Positions 1 through 13,426 of a DNA stretch of 38,427 nt are shown here, one piece after another. The stretch covers positions 1-38,427 of the forward strand of contig LXFE01003781.1 in the NCBI GenBank assembly GCA_001929475.1, in the 5' to 3' direction. This stretch comes from Neolecta irregularis DAH-3 (taxonomy: Eukaryota). The notes beneath the pieces were generated by a model that was not told the origin of the DNA, did no database searches, and was given only the letters and a program-made list of their open reading frames with translations. Made by a program: the position numbers and the translations under genes. The number at the start of each line of letters is the position of its first letter. Position 1 is the stretch's first letter.

Positions 1-171
1 CATTATTAGATACCATTCTTGCACTTGTCGAGTCAAGGTGCCGGCTATTGACTCTAAATCATCGTATAAACCGACTGGATTCCCAGGATCTTCAATATCC
101 TGACCTAACTCTGCTTAACAAAGTGGAGATATTATCTCAAGAAACAAGTCGAACTGACGAATATCATCTCG
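1..171 (+). repeat. Near-identical copy of 36049-36219 (internal part of the TPR-like gene), abutting an assembly gap
   Basis: 171-bp colinear match with 2 substitutions (T67 vs C36115; C105 vs T36153). Confidence 0.95.
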
Positions 172-181
172 NNNNNNNNNN
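172..181. other. Assembly gap (10 N)
   Basis: Run of N. Confidence 0.99.
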
Positions 182-3100
182 TGCAGAATTTTATGGTATG
201 AAAGTCTGCTCGCTGCGCAATTTCATTGGTAGTGTCATAGAACCTTGAGCGTTAATTTTGGCCCCAACATTAACTTTGTGATTGGACACAATGGTAGCGG
301 CAAGAGTGCTGTCTTGACTGCTATAGCAATTGCATTGGGCGGTACGGCTGCAGCCACGAAGCGAGGGAACAGCTCCAGGAGCTTTATTAAAGAAGGAGAG
401 AGGTACCATAAATCCTCTCGCATCTAGGCGTTTAACGGCTAGTTTTGCTTTGATCGAAGTGGAACTACTTAACGGTGGTCTGGATGCATTTCGTCCAGAT
501 ATCTACGGACCTATCATCAAGGTCATTCGACGAATAACAAGGGAAGGTCACGGTTCATGGAAGATCTGCAATCACCAAGGCAAACCGATATCCGAAAAGA
601 AATCTGAGCTGCAGGAAATTATGGATCATATGGGAATCAATGTGGACAATCCAATGAATATTCTTACACAAGATACAGCTCGTCAGTTTCTGAGTAATTC
701 TTCACCAGAAGAAAAATACAGAGTATATCCAGCCCTTGGAGGGTCTTCTCACTCATAGTTTTTCATGACAGGTGTTCAATTAAAGCAGCTTGATACAGAT
801 TACCGTTTGATCGAGGAAAGTCTCATTTGCACAAGAGAAATGCTTGTTAAAAAGCAACCTCATCTTAATATTCTTAAAAAGAAAGAACATGAAGCCAAAT
901 TGAGACTCAAGAGACTCGAATCAAATCAAAATTCGAGAGACGAATTGGCCAAACTCAGTAATGAAGTGATGTGGGCCACGGTCAAAGAATTTCGTGAGGT
1001 ATGGTTTTCAAGGATTTGAACTAACCTTTCCCAAGGAAGATGTCTCCCTCAAGGAACATTTGCAGGAGTTACAGCGTAAAATGACGACATCTTCCAGTCA
1101 TCGCATGGATACCAAAACAAGTCTTGAAGCACTTCAACAGAAAATTTCCACTCTTGACTTAGAACTTCGGCAAATTGACTCAGGGTTTTCTTCCCGAAAA
1201 TTAGAAATCAAAATTTTAGATAGCAAAATTATGGCTCTGCGGGATGAAATGACAAAAGTAATGGCAGAGCATCGCGCTGCTAATGCAGCTGTAAGCAACG
1301 CAGCTACAAAAATTGCAGATCTTGAGGAAGATCTCGTTTCTGAGCACAAAAGACTAAAGAGCCTTGACGGTGGCCGACAAGCTCAGACTATTGTGGAAAA
1401 GGAGAGACTCGAGGAGCTCATCAAGACTTTGACCCAAGAGCAGAGTGGATGCAAACATAGAATCGAGGAACTCGATAAACTTGAAGAAGCCAAAGAAGAA
1501 GAGCTTTACACTTGTCAACGTCTCATAAATGAAAAAAGCAGTAAAATTAAGAATGAGCAAGATTTAATTGCCAGCATTAGCAAGGGCCAAAAGGATCAAC
1601 TTGCGCGGTTCGGTGGGCTGGCGATGGTGGAATTGATTCGCGATATCAATGCTTCTCGAAATTTCAAATCGAAGCCTATCGGGCCATGGGGATCACACAT
1701 GAAGATCTTGAAAAAAGAATGGACTGGAGTTATTGAGACTGTTATTGGGGGGAATGTTAATGCCTTTCTCGTTCGAGATTTCAGAGAACGGGATATTCTT
1801 CAAAAAATGTTAAGCAGTAAAACATGGTATATTCAACATCATTGACGCTTTTTAAAAAATAATTAGGGAGCGGAGTCAATGTCCGCCCATTATTGTCGCC
1901 AAGGGCGATGCCTTTGACTATTCTCAGGGAGAACCTGACCAAAACTTCGATACTATCCTGCGGGTGATGGAAGTGCAAATTTCCTTGCGAACAGTCCAGG
2001 TTGACCTATAGTTCTCTAATGAAGATGTAAAACGACAGCTTGTAAATCTACACAACATCGAAAGTACAGTCTTGATCAAGGATCGTGGCATGGCCGATAA
2101 TACGATGCATGCTCGACCACAAAATGTTTCTTCTTGTTATGCCCTCAATCCCAAAAGGGAAGGACGGTCGGCCTTCCGTGTTGGAGGAAAGTACGTTCAA
2201 CATGGGGGAATCTGCTAAGTTGCCAGGGGTGGTGCTTCCGGCACGCAACCGATTGATTATCCTTCACACTTGAGACTGAGAGATATCGATCAGGCAGAAA
2301 TCAAGTTTGATCTCCACTTATGATCCCTTCTTAAATATAGGCTGCACGAATTGAAAATCAGGGAATTGCTAGAAAAAGTCTACGTGCATAATCAAGATCT
2401 TCAAACAATCAAAGGGCAGATTCAAGATTTTATGAAGGAGAGAAAACAAAAGGAGGTATGCAGTTCTTGGACCAGTAGTCCTCTAACAATGATTTAGAGA
2501 CGCATAAATGAAATTAAGATCGAGTTACGGAAAAATAATGCCGAAATTCGGCAACTGAACGACGCCCTCATTGATTTGGCTGCCGACAGTAGAGTCTCTA
2601 TCCTAGAAGAAGAAATCCAGGTATCTCTCCAGGTATTTTATCGTGAACGCTCATCATGTAGCTCGCTAAGGAGGAACTTACTCAAGCTGAACAAGGATAT
2701 TCCGATTTACAAACTGAACTCGATAGTTTCAATCCTAGGCTGGATCATCCAACTCGTGAAAAGAATGACAAAACAACCGAAGAAGAACAAAACCACGTGG
2801 TTAGAAGAGAAAAATCGGTATCCTGTATTTTTTCCGACTTGCTGCTTATTATCAAGGACGCTCTGGTAGATGTCAAGAAAGTAAATCAACAACAACTAGA
2901 AAATCTTCAATGGTGGACAAATAAAATCGAAGATTACCAGAGACGTATGGAACAAAAGAAGACCGAGATCGATGAAAACAGACAAGAACTAGATGTAGAG
3001 ATATCTTATTGACCAACTGTCCCGTTGACATTTACAGAGATGGCTAAAGACTGCAAGGGAGGAGTCTGGAGTCAATGAGATAGACACCGATAGGACTGTG

Positions 3101-3932
3101 GAACAGCTTTCCAGGTTGATAGAGAAGCAAAAGGCGAAAATTCAGGAACTCGAAAAAAGGTTTGGCCTCACTAGTGGAGGTACTGATCACAATAGTGTGG
3201 GAGAGGAATCCGTCGTGACACGAGAGTTTGAAGAAGCTCGAGCGGCACATGCAACTGCTCGGGCCGAATGGAACAGCATGTCAAGACTTGTAAATGTATG
3301 TATTTACCATCGAGATATTTTAACACTTCAGACGATGACAAACAGTCTCAAAATTCGAAGAGCTCGTTACAAAAGATTTAGGAGTTTGATAACCGATAGG
3401 GCTAAACAACTGTTCCTTTACTATCTGTTACAAAGAGGATTTAGCGGTAGGTTGATAATTGAGCACGGTGATCATGGCAATGGTACACTAAAATTGAGAG
3501 TATGCCAAATTTTGAAATTTGAAGTCTAATTTCTAGGTTCACACCAATGAAGAGAACAAAAAGGCCGATGAAAAAGATCCCAAATCGCTTTCTGGTGGCG
3601 AGAAGTCTTTTTCGACCATATGTCTTCTCCTTTCGCTTTGGGAGGCTATGGGTTGTCCTATTCGATGTCTTGATGAATTGTATGACCTCCACCTCATTTA
3701 CAGTCTAATTTACTAGTGATGTCTTTATGGACGCAATGAACAGATCTATTAGCATGAAGCTGATGGTAAGTTTTAATTATACGGAACTTTGCTCAGGCCA
3801 CAGATTCAAGCTGCTGAAGATTCTGTTCAAACACAATTCATTCTGATTACTCCGCAAGGCATGGGCAACCTGTCTATCACCGACAACATCAAAGTAAGCA
3901 GAATGCAGGATCCCGATCGAGGGAGAACCTGA
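182..3932 (+). CDS. SMC6: Structural maintenance of chromosomes protein 6 (Smc5/6 complex), multi-exon, 5' end missing at the gap
   Basis: [18 protein letters not shown]alker [11 protein letters not shown]; coiled coils; hinge [16 protein letters not shown] signature; CLDEFDVFMD Walker B; stop TGA 3930-3932. Confidence 0.93.
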
Positions 3933-4406
3933 GTGTCTCTTTGGATTTTATGTAATACCAACAGAGTTGAAATTTGGCAAGAATCTAATTAATGGTCCCT
4001 GGTTTGTAAGATATTAGTTATTTGATAACCTTCGAGCTGGCTCTGTAGTGTCGTACTTGAATGTCCTAATCCGAGATAAGGTTCAGTTTAACCAGCTGCA
4101 GCAGGTGACTCTGCGATTCTGTTCACCAACCACCATTTCCCCAATCAGCTCTTTGCCATATTCGAAACCCAAATCCCCACCCATCTATTGAAACCTAGTC
4201 TACCAATCCTAGACTCTATTCTACAGGTCTTCTGAATTCCAGAGTATCTCGATCGGCTGCTTTTATCCCTGCTCTGAACTAGCAGACTCCCCATATCATC
4301 CGTCTTTACATCTTTCCTCACCACATGTATTCTGCTCCCTTCTCCGTCTGTGCGCTAAAACATGCCTAAGTTCCCCTTGACTTATATTTTCCGCAAAATT
4401 CCTACG

Positions 4407-6165
<1,759 letters not shown>

Positions 6166-6342
6166 GCGAAGAACTGAAATTACATTAGGAAGGAGTTGAG
6201 ACCAGTGATTGATGAGAAACGGACTGTTTTTGACGCATACTGAAACTTTGATATGTGGGTTTTCTTTCCGTTTGAAATCAAAATATACTTCTTCCGTTCG
6301 TTATGTGAATTCCTACAAATGTGATGCTCATATTTGTGATAC

Positions 6343-6433
6343 TAAGCTCACCGCCATGGCAGTCGACCCCCCTATGTTTTTATTGGAAGGGCGTCGACTT
6401 AGGGGGGTGCCGACTGCCATGGCGGTGAGCTTA
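6343..6433. mobile_element. 91-bp inverted-repeat element, putative MITE (TA-flanked)
   Basis: TAAGCTCACCGCCATGGCAGTCG (6343-6365) is the exact reverse complement of 6411-6433; ACCCCCCTA/TAGGGGGGT extends the pairing after a 2-nt bulge. Confidence 0.6.
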
Positions 6434-6594
6434 TGAATTAATCTTGATCAAGTGATAAAATAATTTTATCTGCCAGCTGGGTTTAACACTATCTCTAACT
6501 CTAACTCAAATTCGTTAGCCTTCATTTGCGCCCGTTGACCTAATAATCCTTTTATTTATCGAAAGTCTTTCAGCTTCTTTCTTCAGAACCTGCC

Positions 6595-7726
6595 ATGGGT
6601 CTAGGTTATTCCTTTACAGCCGGTGTTGCGGGTGGTCTCGTTGAATGTGCTTTCAACTACCCCTTCATCTTTGCTCAAGCTCGTTTACAACTCGATAATC
6701 TTGACAGAAAACAAGGTACCTACCTCCAAGACGATATCCGCTCATTCTTTTCTAGGAAAAGGTGCGAAATTACCGCCATTCGGCCGAGAATGGTACGTCG
6801 GTTGTTCAACTGTGATGGTTGGAAACGGTATTGTCTTCATAATTTACTCTTCGACTTGATAGATAATAGCGCTGAAAGCTGGAATTCGTTTCGTGAGCTT
6901 TGACAAGTTTAAAAAATTACTCTCGGATGCGGATGGCAAAATCACTGGGCCGAGAACAGCACTTGCTGGACTTGGAGCTGGGATAATGGAATCTACATTG
7001 GCCGTCACTCCTTTTGAATCAATCAAAACGTCTCTTATTGATGATCGGAAACGCCCTCAACCAAAGTACAAAGGATTTGTTCACGGAACGCGGATGATTG
7101 TTGCCGAGAGAGGGATTCGTGGTATATACCAAGTAAATTTTATTCAGAGCTTTTTCTAATGGTCAAGGGATTGACACCTACGATGATGAGACAAGCTGCA
7201 AACTCGGCCATTCGGTTTTGGAGTTATTCGTAATTTGTTCGTTATGTTTCTGAGCTCATTCTACAGATCTATCAAGCATGGTGCGGAAGCTCATCTCAAT
7301 CCAGGCGAAAAACTCGGAACTATTTCCACATTTGGTATTGGAGCTATGGCTGGTTTAATCACCGTGTATTACAAATAACTCGGTTTGCTTCAATGCTGAT
7401 CTGCAAGGTCTACTACAATGCCTCTTGACGTCTTGAAAACCAGGTACTATGATATTTGAATAAATTGACAATCAGAATGCAATCGATCCAGGCCAAGAAG
7501 CTTTACAAAAGTACGTTTGATTGTGCGTATAAAATCTCGACGCAAGAGGGAATTCTCGCTTTCTGGGCTGGAACAACCCCACGTCTTGGGCGGTTAGTAC
7601 TGAGTGGAGGTATCGTTTTCACAGTGTATGTACTCTCTTCTATGAGCTGAATACTAATAGATTCAAAGTTATGAAAAAATGATGGATTTATTTGAAGCTT
7701 TTGACCCGCAGGCAAGGAAAAAATAG
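6595..7726 (+). CDS. CTP1: Mitochondrial carrier, citrate/tricarboxylate transporter-like, multi-exon
   Basis: Three carrier repeats; KAGIRF, PFESIKTSLIDD, MRQAANSAIRF, PRLGRLVLSGGIVF; the end assumes an AAG acceptor giving TVYEK. Confidence 0.82.
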
Positions 7727-7772
7727 ACTGTAAAAGACATTTCTAGATAAAAATGTGAATTATATAACTTTA

Positions 7773-8358
7773 TCAGTTCCGCCGAGGTCTGAGTAAAGCT
7801 GCAGCGACAGTTCTGCCTTCTGCGGTCAGCATGTTGAATGTTGCAATTGCTTCTTTGGTATTCAGTGGATGAACCAAGAGACCAAGCGAGATGAGATGAT
7901 CTCGACAAGATTTTTTTAGCAAAGCAGTTCTCGCTCCAGTCCCAATGATGAGCAGGTCTTGTATGTCAATCAAAGTCAGAGATCAAGACAGAGACACCTG
8001 GTCTCGGTTTTAGAATACTGAATATGGTCCAAGCATTCTTGTCAAAGTCTAGTGTTTCACCACTCGAGAATTTGGCTTTAGAGTCCCAGGTAAAGGTTTC
8101 ACCGTTTGCCATGATTAGATCATTTTTCACAACAAGTCCTGAAGATAATCTGAATCCCGTCTCGTCTCGTAAAATGGATTCTACATGGATACCAGATGGT
8201 TCCTCGCCCCCAAAAAGATCGCCTTTAAAGAATTCCCCATCCCCGCGAGGTTCCATCATTGGAGGTTTACGCGAATATTTTCTCCCCGACGCTATTTTTA
8301 TTGACGCGCATATCGGACGACAGCTAGTTTGTCGTGTTGCATAAAGTAGGATTCGCAT
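7773..8358 (-). CDS. NDUFAF3: Complex I assembly factor NDUFAF3 (Mth938 domain), 2 exons
   Basis: ILKPRP|DLLIIGTG and AIATFNMLTAEGRTVAAAL; basic N-terminal presequence. Confidence 0.85.
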
Positions 8359-8415
8359 GTCAAAGATCCAGAAAATAGCCGCCAAACGCCGCTATTTGAC
8401 TCACCGCACTCTCGC

Positions 8416-9809
8416 ATGTCACATGAAGAGCAGCTTCGAGGACTTGGAGATTTTGATCACCTGTTTGATCTTATTCGGTGTTTGCCAAACGAACTGCCTT
8501 CTCAAAGTTCTCATCACTCTGTGAAAGAAGGTTTGGGGAACTTTGATGTTGTGTGGCGATATCTTGATGCTATTCATCCAGAATCTCAGTCGTCCTCTCT
8601 AAAGAATATCGAATACAAATCTGACGATCGCGCTTTAGTCCTTCCAACTAAAAAGGAGCCAAACACGCAATCTTTGGGGAAAAAGCGACTTAGTAAGAAA
8701 CCAAGGGTAACGTCGTTTGATAGAATCCTCTATAATACACAACAACCTGGTGTCCAGCCCACCAAACTTGCAGTCGATGCATACGAGGGCCTGCGAAAGG
8801 AGCGAAAACAATACAGACGAGAAGATAAGGGATATCGATCAGATGGATATGAAACGTGCTTCTCTAATCAGCAACACTCAACCAAGACTGCCACGCCTCC
8901 ATTCCATGGTGGGAAAAGTGGGAAAGATCTGGTTTTGGGGGAAATCGCTTTAAATACAGCGCAGAAGATGAAGACACAAACTACTTCTGTTTGTACCTTT
9001 CGCTTGAACCTTAACTAACTCTTCAGTCACTGGATCGGGTCAGAACACTCACAACAAAATTGGTTGAGACGTTTCCAGATGAAGATTCTGTTATTCTTGG
9101 GTCTCCAGCTGGAGTCACAGACATTGCTCAAGTTGACCACAAAGTGCATACTAATAAGACCATGCTACCATACATTGCAGCCACAGGAAACTCATTACAT
9201 GTGTTTATCGATAGCTCAAACATCCTCATTGGATTTCTCAATAAAGTCAAAGGAGACCACGGACTCGCAAACTCGGGTCGCTTTCTTCGACGTCCGAGGT
9301 TGGACTTCCATGCCCTATTGCAGCTATTATCAAGAGGCAGAGACGTTACTCGCAAAGTTCTCGTTGCTTCGTCTCCATTGCTTCAACCAATCGAGGAAGC
9401 TCAAACCTTGGGATTTGAAACAAGCATCCTTCAACGAGTCACAAAATCTGTATCAATATCCAGGGGCTCAAAATCCGATCCAGAGCAAGCAACCGGTCGA
9501 AAACAAAAGATCAGTAACACTGAACAAGGCGTTGACGAATTATTACATCTCAAAATGATGGAGTCTCTTCTAGATTATACACCATCTATTATGGTTCTAG
9601 CTACTGGCGATGCCAACGTTTCTGAGTATTCATCTGGTTTCTTTAAATGTGTCGAGAGAGCGTTGGTTCGAGGCTGGAAAGTCGAAGTTCTTAGTTTTAA
9701 AAGGAGCTTAAACCAGTTATGGTTAGACAAGGCATTTCGGAAGGAATGGTCCGGGCGTTTTAGAACGATCTTGCTGGATGACTTTACAGAGGAACTGTTT
9801 GATCAGTAA
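8416..9809 (+). CDS. NYN/LabA-DUF88 (PIN-fold) domain protein, putative ribonuclease, 2 exons
   Basis: HVFIDSSNI, EQGVDELL, VLATGD, ALVRGWKVEVLSF; intron ~8989-9026 joins the two ORFs. Confidence 0.8.
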
Positions 9810-10095
9810 AGTTAAGTTTATATCTGTACATATGGGGAGCTTTGCTGGTTTGTTTGGTTCATATTAGGATTTGGGGGCAAGGGAAATCTTTTGTGTTGTT
9901 TCATTTCTTCTGTTCAGTATACATCTTTTCTCTTTATTTATATTGTAGAAACCGCTTCTATACATATACATTCTTGTTTTTGATATGAGTGGAAATCTCT
10001 GGTGTTTCCTGCAAGAGGGTCTCTACGTCAGCACAGCCTTATCTCGTTTATTGATGTTCGTGACAACTTGAGAAAAATTACACTTACCGTCTCAT

Positions 10096-10659
10096 ATGTC
10101 CTCTACAGATAGTCCAAAAAAGCGCCAAAGAATAGAATACGATAAAGACGACTCTTCAGAGGTCGAAGACGATGATTGGGATACGGACTGTATCGCAATG
10201 GCAACTACCATAACCGACAGCCTCGAAAAAGCTCAAAAGACCTTTGATTATGAACATAATGTAGCGAAACTACCATGTACGCCTTCTGTGCACAATTCTG
10301 TGCAATCTAATCCGCCGGGTGCTCCATGGTCGCCATTTCTCGCTGCTCCGGTTGGCGATCCTGATTCCCCAACCCCGGTACGGAGTTCAGATTTAAGGGG
10401 ACCAGATCAGATTACATCCCCGGAAGATGAATATGCGGCTATAGACATTGATGAAATGAGCATCCTGGATACATTCGATCGCTACTACAAAAATACTAAA
10501 CAAGATTTGCAACAAGTATTATCTGCATTGAGAAATCAGACTCGTCTTGCAAAAGTTCGGAAGAAGGAGATTGAAGAGCTTGAAGATTTGGTCGCGAAGC
10601 AAACTGGAGTCATCAGACTGCTACAGGAACGTGTCAAGGATATGGAGAACCAGTATTAA
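10096..10659 (+). CDS. Hypothetical 187-aa protein with C-terminal coiled coil
   Basis: Intronless ATG-initiated ORF filling an intergenic gap; no family recognised. Confidence 0.65.
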   Translation: MSSTDSPKKRQRIEYDKDDSSEVEDDDWDTDCIAMATTITDSLEKAQKTFDYEHNVAKLPCTPSVHNSVQSNPPGAPWSPFLAAPVGDPDSPTPVRSSDLRGPDQITSPEDEYAAIDIDEMSILDTFDRYYKNTKQDLQQVLSALRNQTRLAKVRKKEIEELEDLVAKQTGVIRLLQERVKDMENQY

Positions 10660-10964
10660 TTTTGGAGTAATGATATTTTGGAGTTTTCGATATCTTGAAA
10701 GTTACGGCATGATCTTAATGATTGGTCATCTATCTGCTCAGCTATGAGTATTAAATTCTTTCTGAGCACAACCACAGTACAACGACATCATTGCATTGGG
10801 ACAGAAATCGAGTGGTACAAGCGGAACTACAGCTATCTGCCTCTACTCTATATCGAACAGTACCACTTCTTGTATAGCTTGTAGGGAGGTTATGGGGAGT
10901 TCCACGAGCGGCGCAGCGTAAAAGGTATAGATAATAATGATGAATAAAGTAAAGAATTATTTTC

Positions 10965-13158
10965 TCATGCTACACCTAGAAGCACTTCCACTTCTGCTGT
11001 TGTCCTCGGAAATATTGTTCTAGGAAACTCTATACCATTGACTATCGCCATTTCAATAATTTCATAATCCCTAATAAATCGTGACGAGGCTTGATGAATC
11101 ACTGACGATGCAACTTTTGTTGCATTTAAAACTTGCAAGCGAGCTTGCATGTCCATTGATGCAGAGGGTAGAAAGTCATCGAGATTTTGAGCAAGGTCTT
11201 GAAGATTCTCCTGTGAAAATTCTTGGAAACTTGTGAGACGAGTCTATTCGTTAGGTTTTTCTCGCCTAAATTATGCTTGCAGATGAGGTTTTATTTTCTA
11301 AGGCAATAAGATGAGGTTCCAGTCCGGATGATTCGAGAAGATATTTATGCTCAAGCTCGACGAGAGTATCAGTATGCTCTTGTATCTCTTGTATCAATTG
11401 ATCTAGATGAAAAGTGGTAAATTTGAAGTCTTTCAACGTATCCTACGGGTTCAATAAATTTGCATGCTGTTATGGGGTATATACTTGAGTCAACTGCAGG
11501 CAATTGAGCTTGTAAATTGCGAGACTTCCGCCTGAAAGCTCTTGAGCCATTTGCGAACATACATCAAGAAACGGCAATAGAGCACCATGTAACAACCGCT
11601 TTGCACTTTTTTCTTGATCCTCCTCCAGTTTGGGACTCCTTTGGATGGCTTGAAGGTTAGTTCGTAAGGTTGCCAGTGCATCTATCAGGAAATTTGGAGG
11701 GCTCAAAATGGCGGTGATTTTGGGTGGATTGGCGCCGAGGATCTGAACGTCATGAGTGATCATGGAAAAATAACGCTGGGAGGCTAATTCTTCGTACCTG
11801 GCCATTAAAATGAGACTTCAAAGTTTCACCTGTTCAGTAGCCCAACAATGATTGAACCAGGTCCAAGAGTCTTTGTCATTGTGTAATTGTAGAATTGGAC
11901 GAGTGTGATAATCGAAAAGAGGGTCTGAGGCTCAAACGTTGTATTTACCGTGTGTTCGAACCGGCTCTAGCGATCAGATATCGGTTGAGGCGTATTGACC
12001 TACCGAGAAGGGTTTTGCCAGTCCCATCAAGTTTCGATCAACCAATCTGAGCATATAACGCTGTACGTTCATTTTGGTGCTGATGCTAGGATCTTCCTCC
12101 AGCAGAGGAATCTGTTCAATTGCCTCTAGAGCAATGACTGACTCGAGAATTTCCTTCTCGCCTGCAGTACTTTGGTGAAACCAAGCTAGCATGTCCCCAA
12201 TATAACGAACTGGATCATGTGTCGTCATTTCTATCGGTCGTGTGGCTGTAGTTGGATCTCCGTGAAGTAAAGCGTGAAGGAAGGTGCTCTGTAGAATCTT
12301 TTGCCTGGAAGTTGATAAAGTCTCGAGACAGTTCCTTGAGAGTTAAATATGGCCTTGCAATATAGATACTCAAAGAGCAAGTCACGTTCTGATAGAGTCG
12401 TAATAGCGCGTTTGAGGTCTTTATCGGCCTCATGGCCTCCAAGGAATACGCTCTTGAGTTCTCGCTGAACCCAGTGATATAGTTTCTGGAAGGCTGCGTC
12501 GAGATACTTTGTAGATTGTTCCATGATCTCTAATCTATACGCGTCAATCAAAACCGCGTAGATACCAAGGTCCCTACCCAATTCTCTGTTCGTCGACGAG
12601 AAGGATTTGACAGTCTTGATGGATCTTTTTCACATGCGCAAAAGCTTGAAAAAATTTCTCGTCTACTGGTTCACTCGATGACATGAGTATAAGGAGTTGT
12701 TCTTCAGAAACCGTAAACTTTTGTTCAAAGTGGCTTAAAATATCGATCTTGGTATTGACTAGTTCTTCTCTTTCTTTCAAAATGTCTGCCTGCCTCAATA
12801 TCCGGTTCGCATCGTGTGAAGTCAGTGCCAGTTGTCTCCGCATAGATTGACATGAATATTGCAACTGATGCACTATTTGACCGACAAATTGGACTTGCTA
12901 ACAGTAAATTCCTCTACCCGTAAAACAGCATCTCACATCTGCTATCTTTCCGAATTCCTCAAGCAAAGCCCGATTACTCTCGATCCTCAAAGTACCAACA
13001 AAAGACCTCCACAGCTTGCGCTTAGCTTCCAGGTCGTCACCGACAAGGTCTGGATCCAGCTCTTTCAGAGCCACCCGCATGTCTTGATCTGTGTACTGGG
13101 ACGACATGATCCGGCCGACTTTTGAAGACAACATGCTGCTACCTGCTTGAAGCTCCAT
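10965..13158 (-). CDS. COG6: Conserved oligomeric Golgi complex subunit 6, multi-exon
   Basis: HDPVRYIGDMLAWFHQ, VDEKFFQAF..IHQDCQILL, AFQKLYHWVQRE, FPRTTAEVEVLL. Confidence 0.9.
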
Positions 13159-13426
13159 TGCATCCAACACATTTTCATCAGGTCCTCTTCACGCGACTAG
13201 ATAAAATAGTCCACGTGATATATGAGCATTTTGCCCTATATTCGATCATTGGATAACAAACAGTACTTTATCTCTGATTCTGAAAGTAACAATATATCGC
13301 AGTCTTTCAGCATAATTGTATTGCGGGCACTCAAAGTTGCAAACTCATCCAGTCTACCACCACAAAATATCTAGTCGCTGCTCAAAGTCAGAAACGTATC
13401 CCAGTCTGTAAGTACTCTAAGCTGCG

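Noticed and set aside
6209..6436. 75-aa ORF with a repeated TAMAV peptide
   Set aside because: By-product of the inverted repeat and its internal palindrome; it has a TTG start and no coding evidence.
10811..10867. AGTGGTAC/GTACCACT inverted repeat
   Set aside because: Only 8 bp, compatible with chance.
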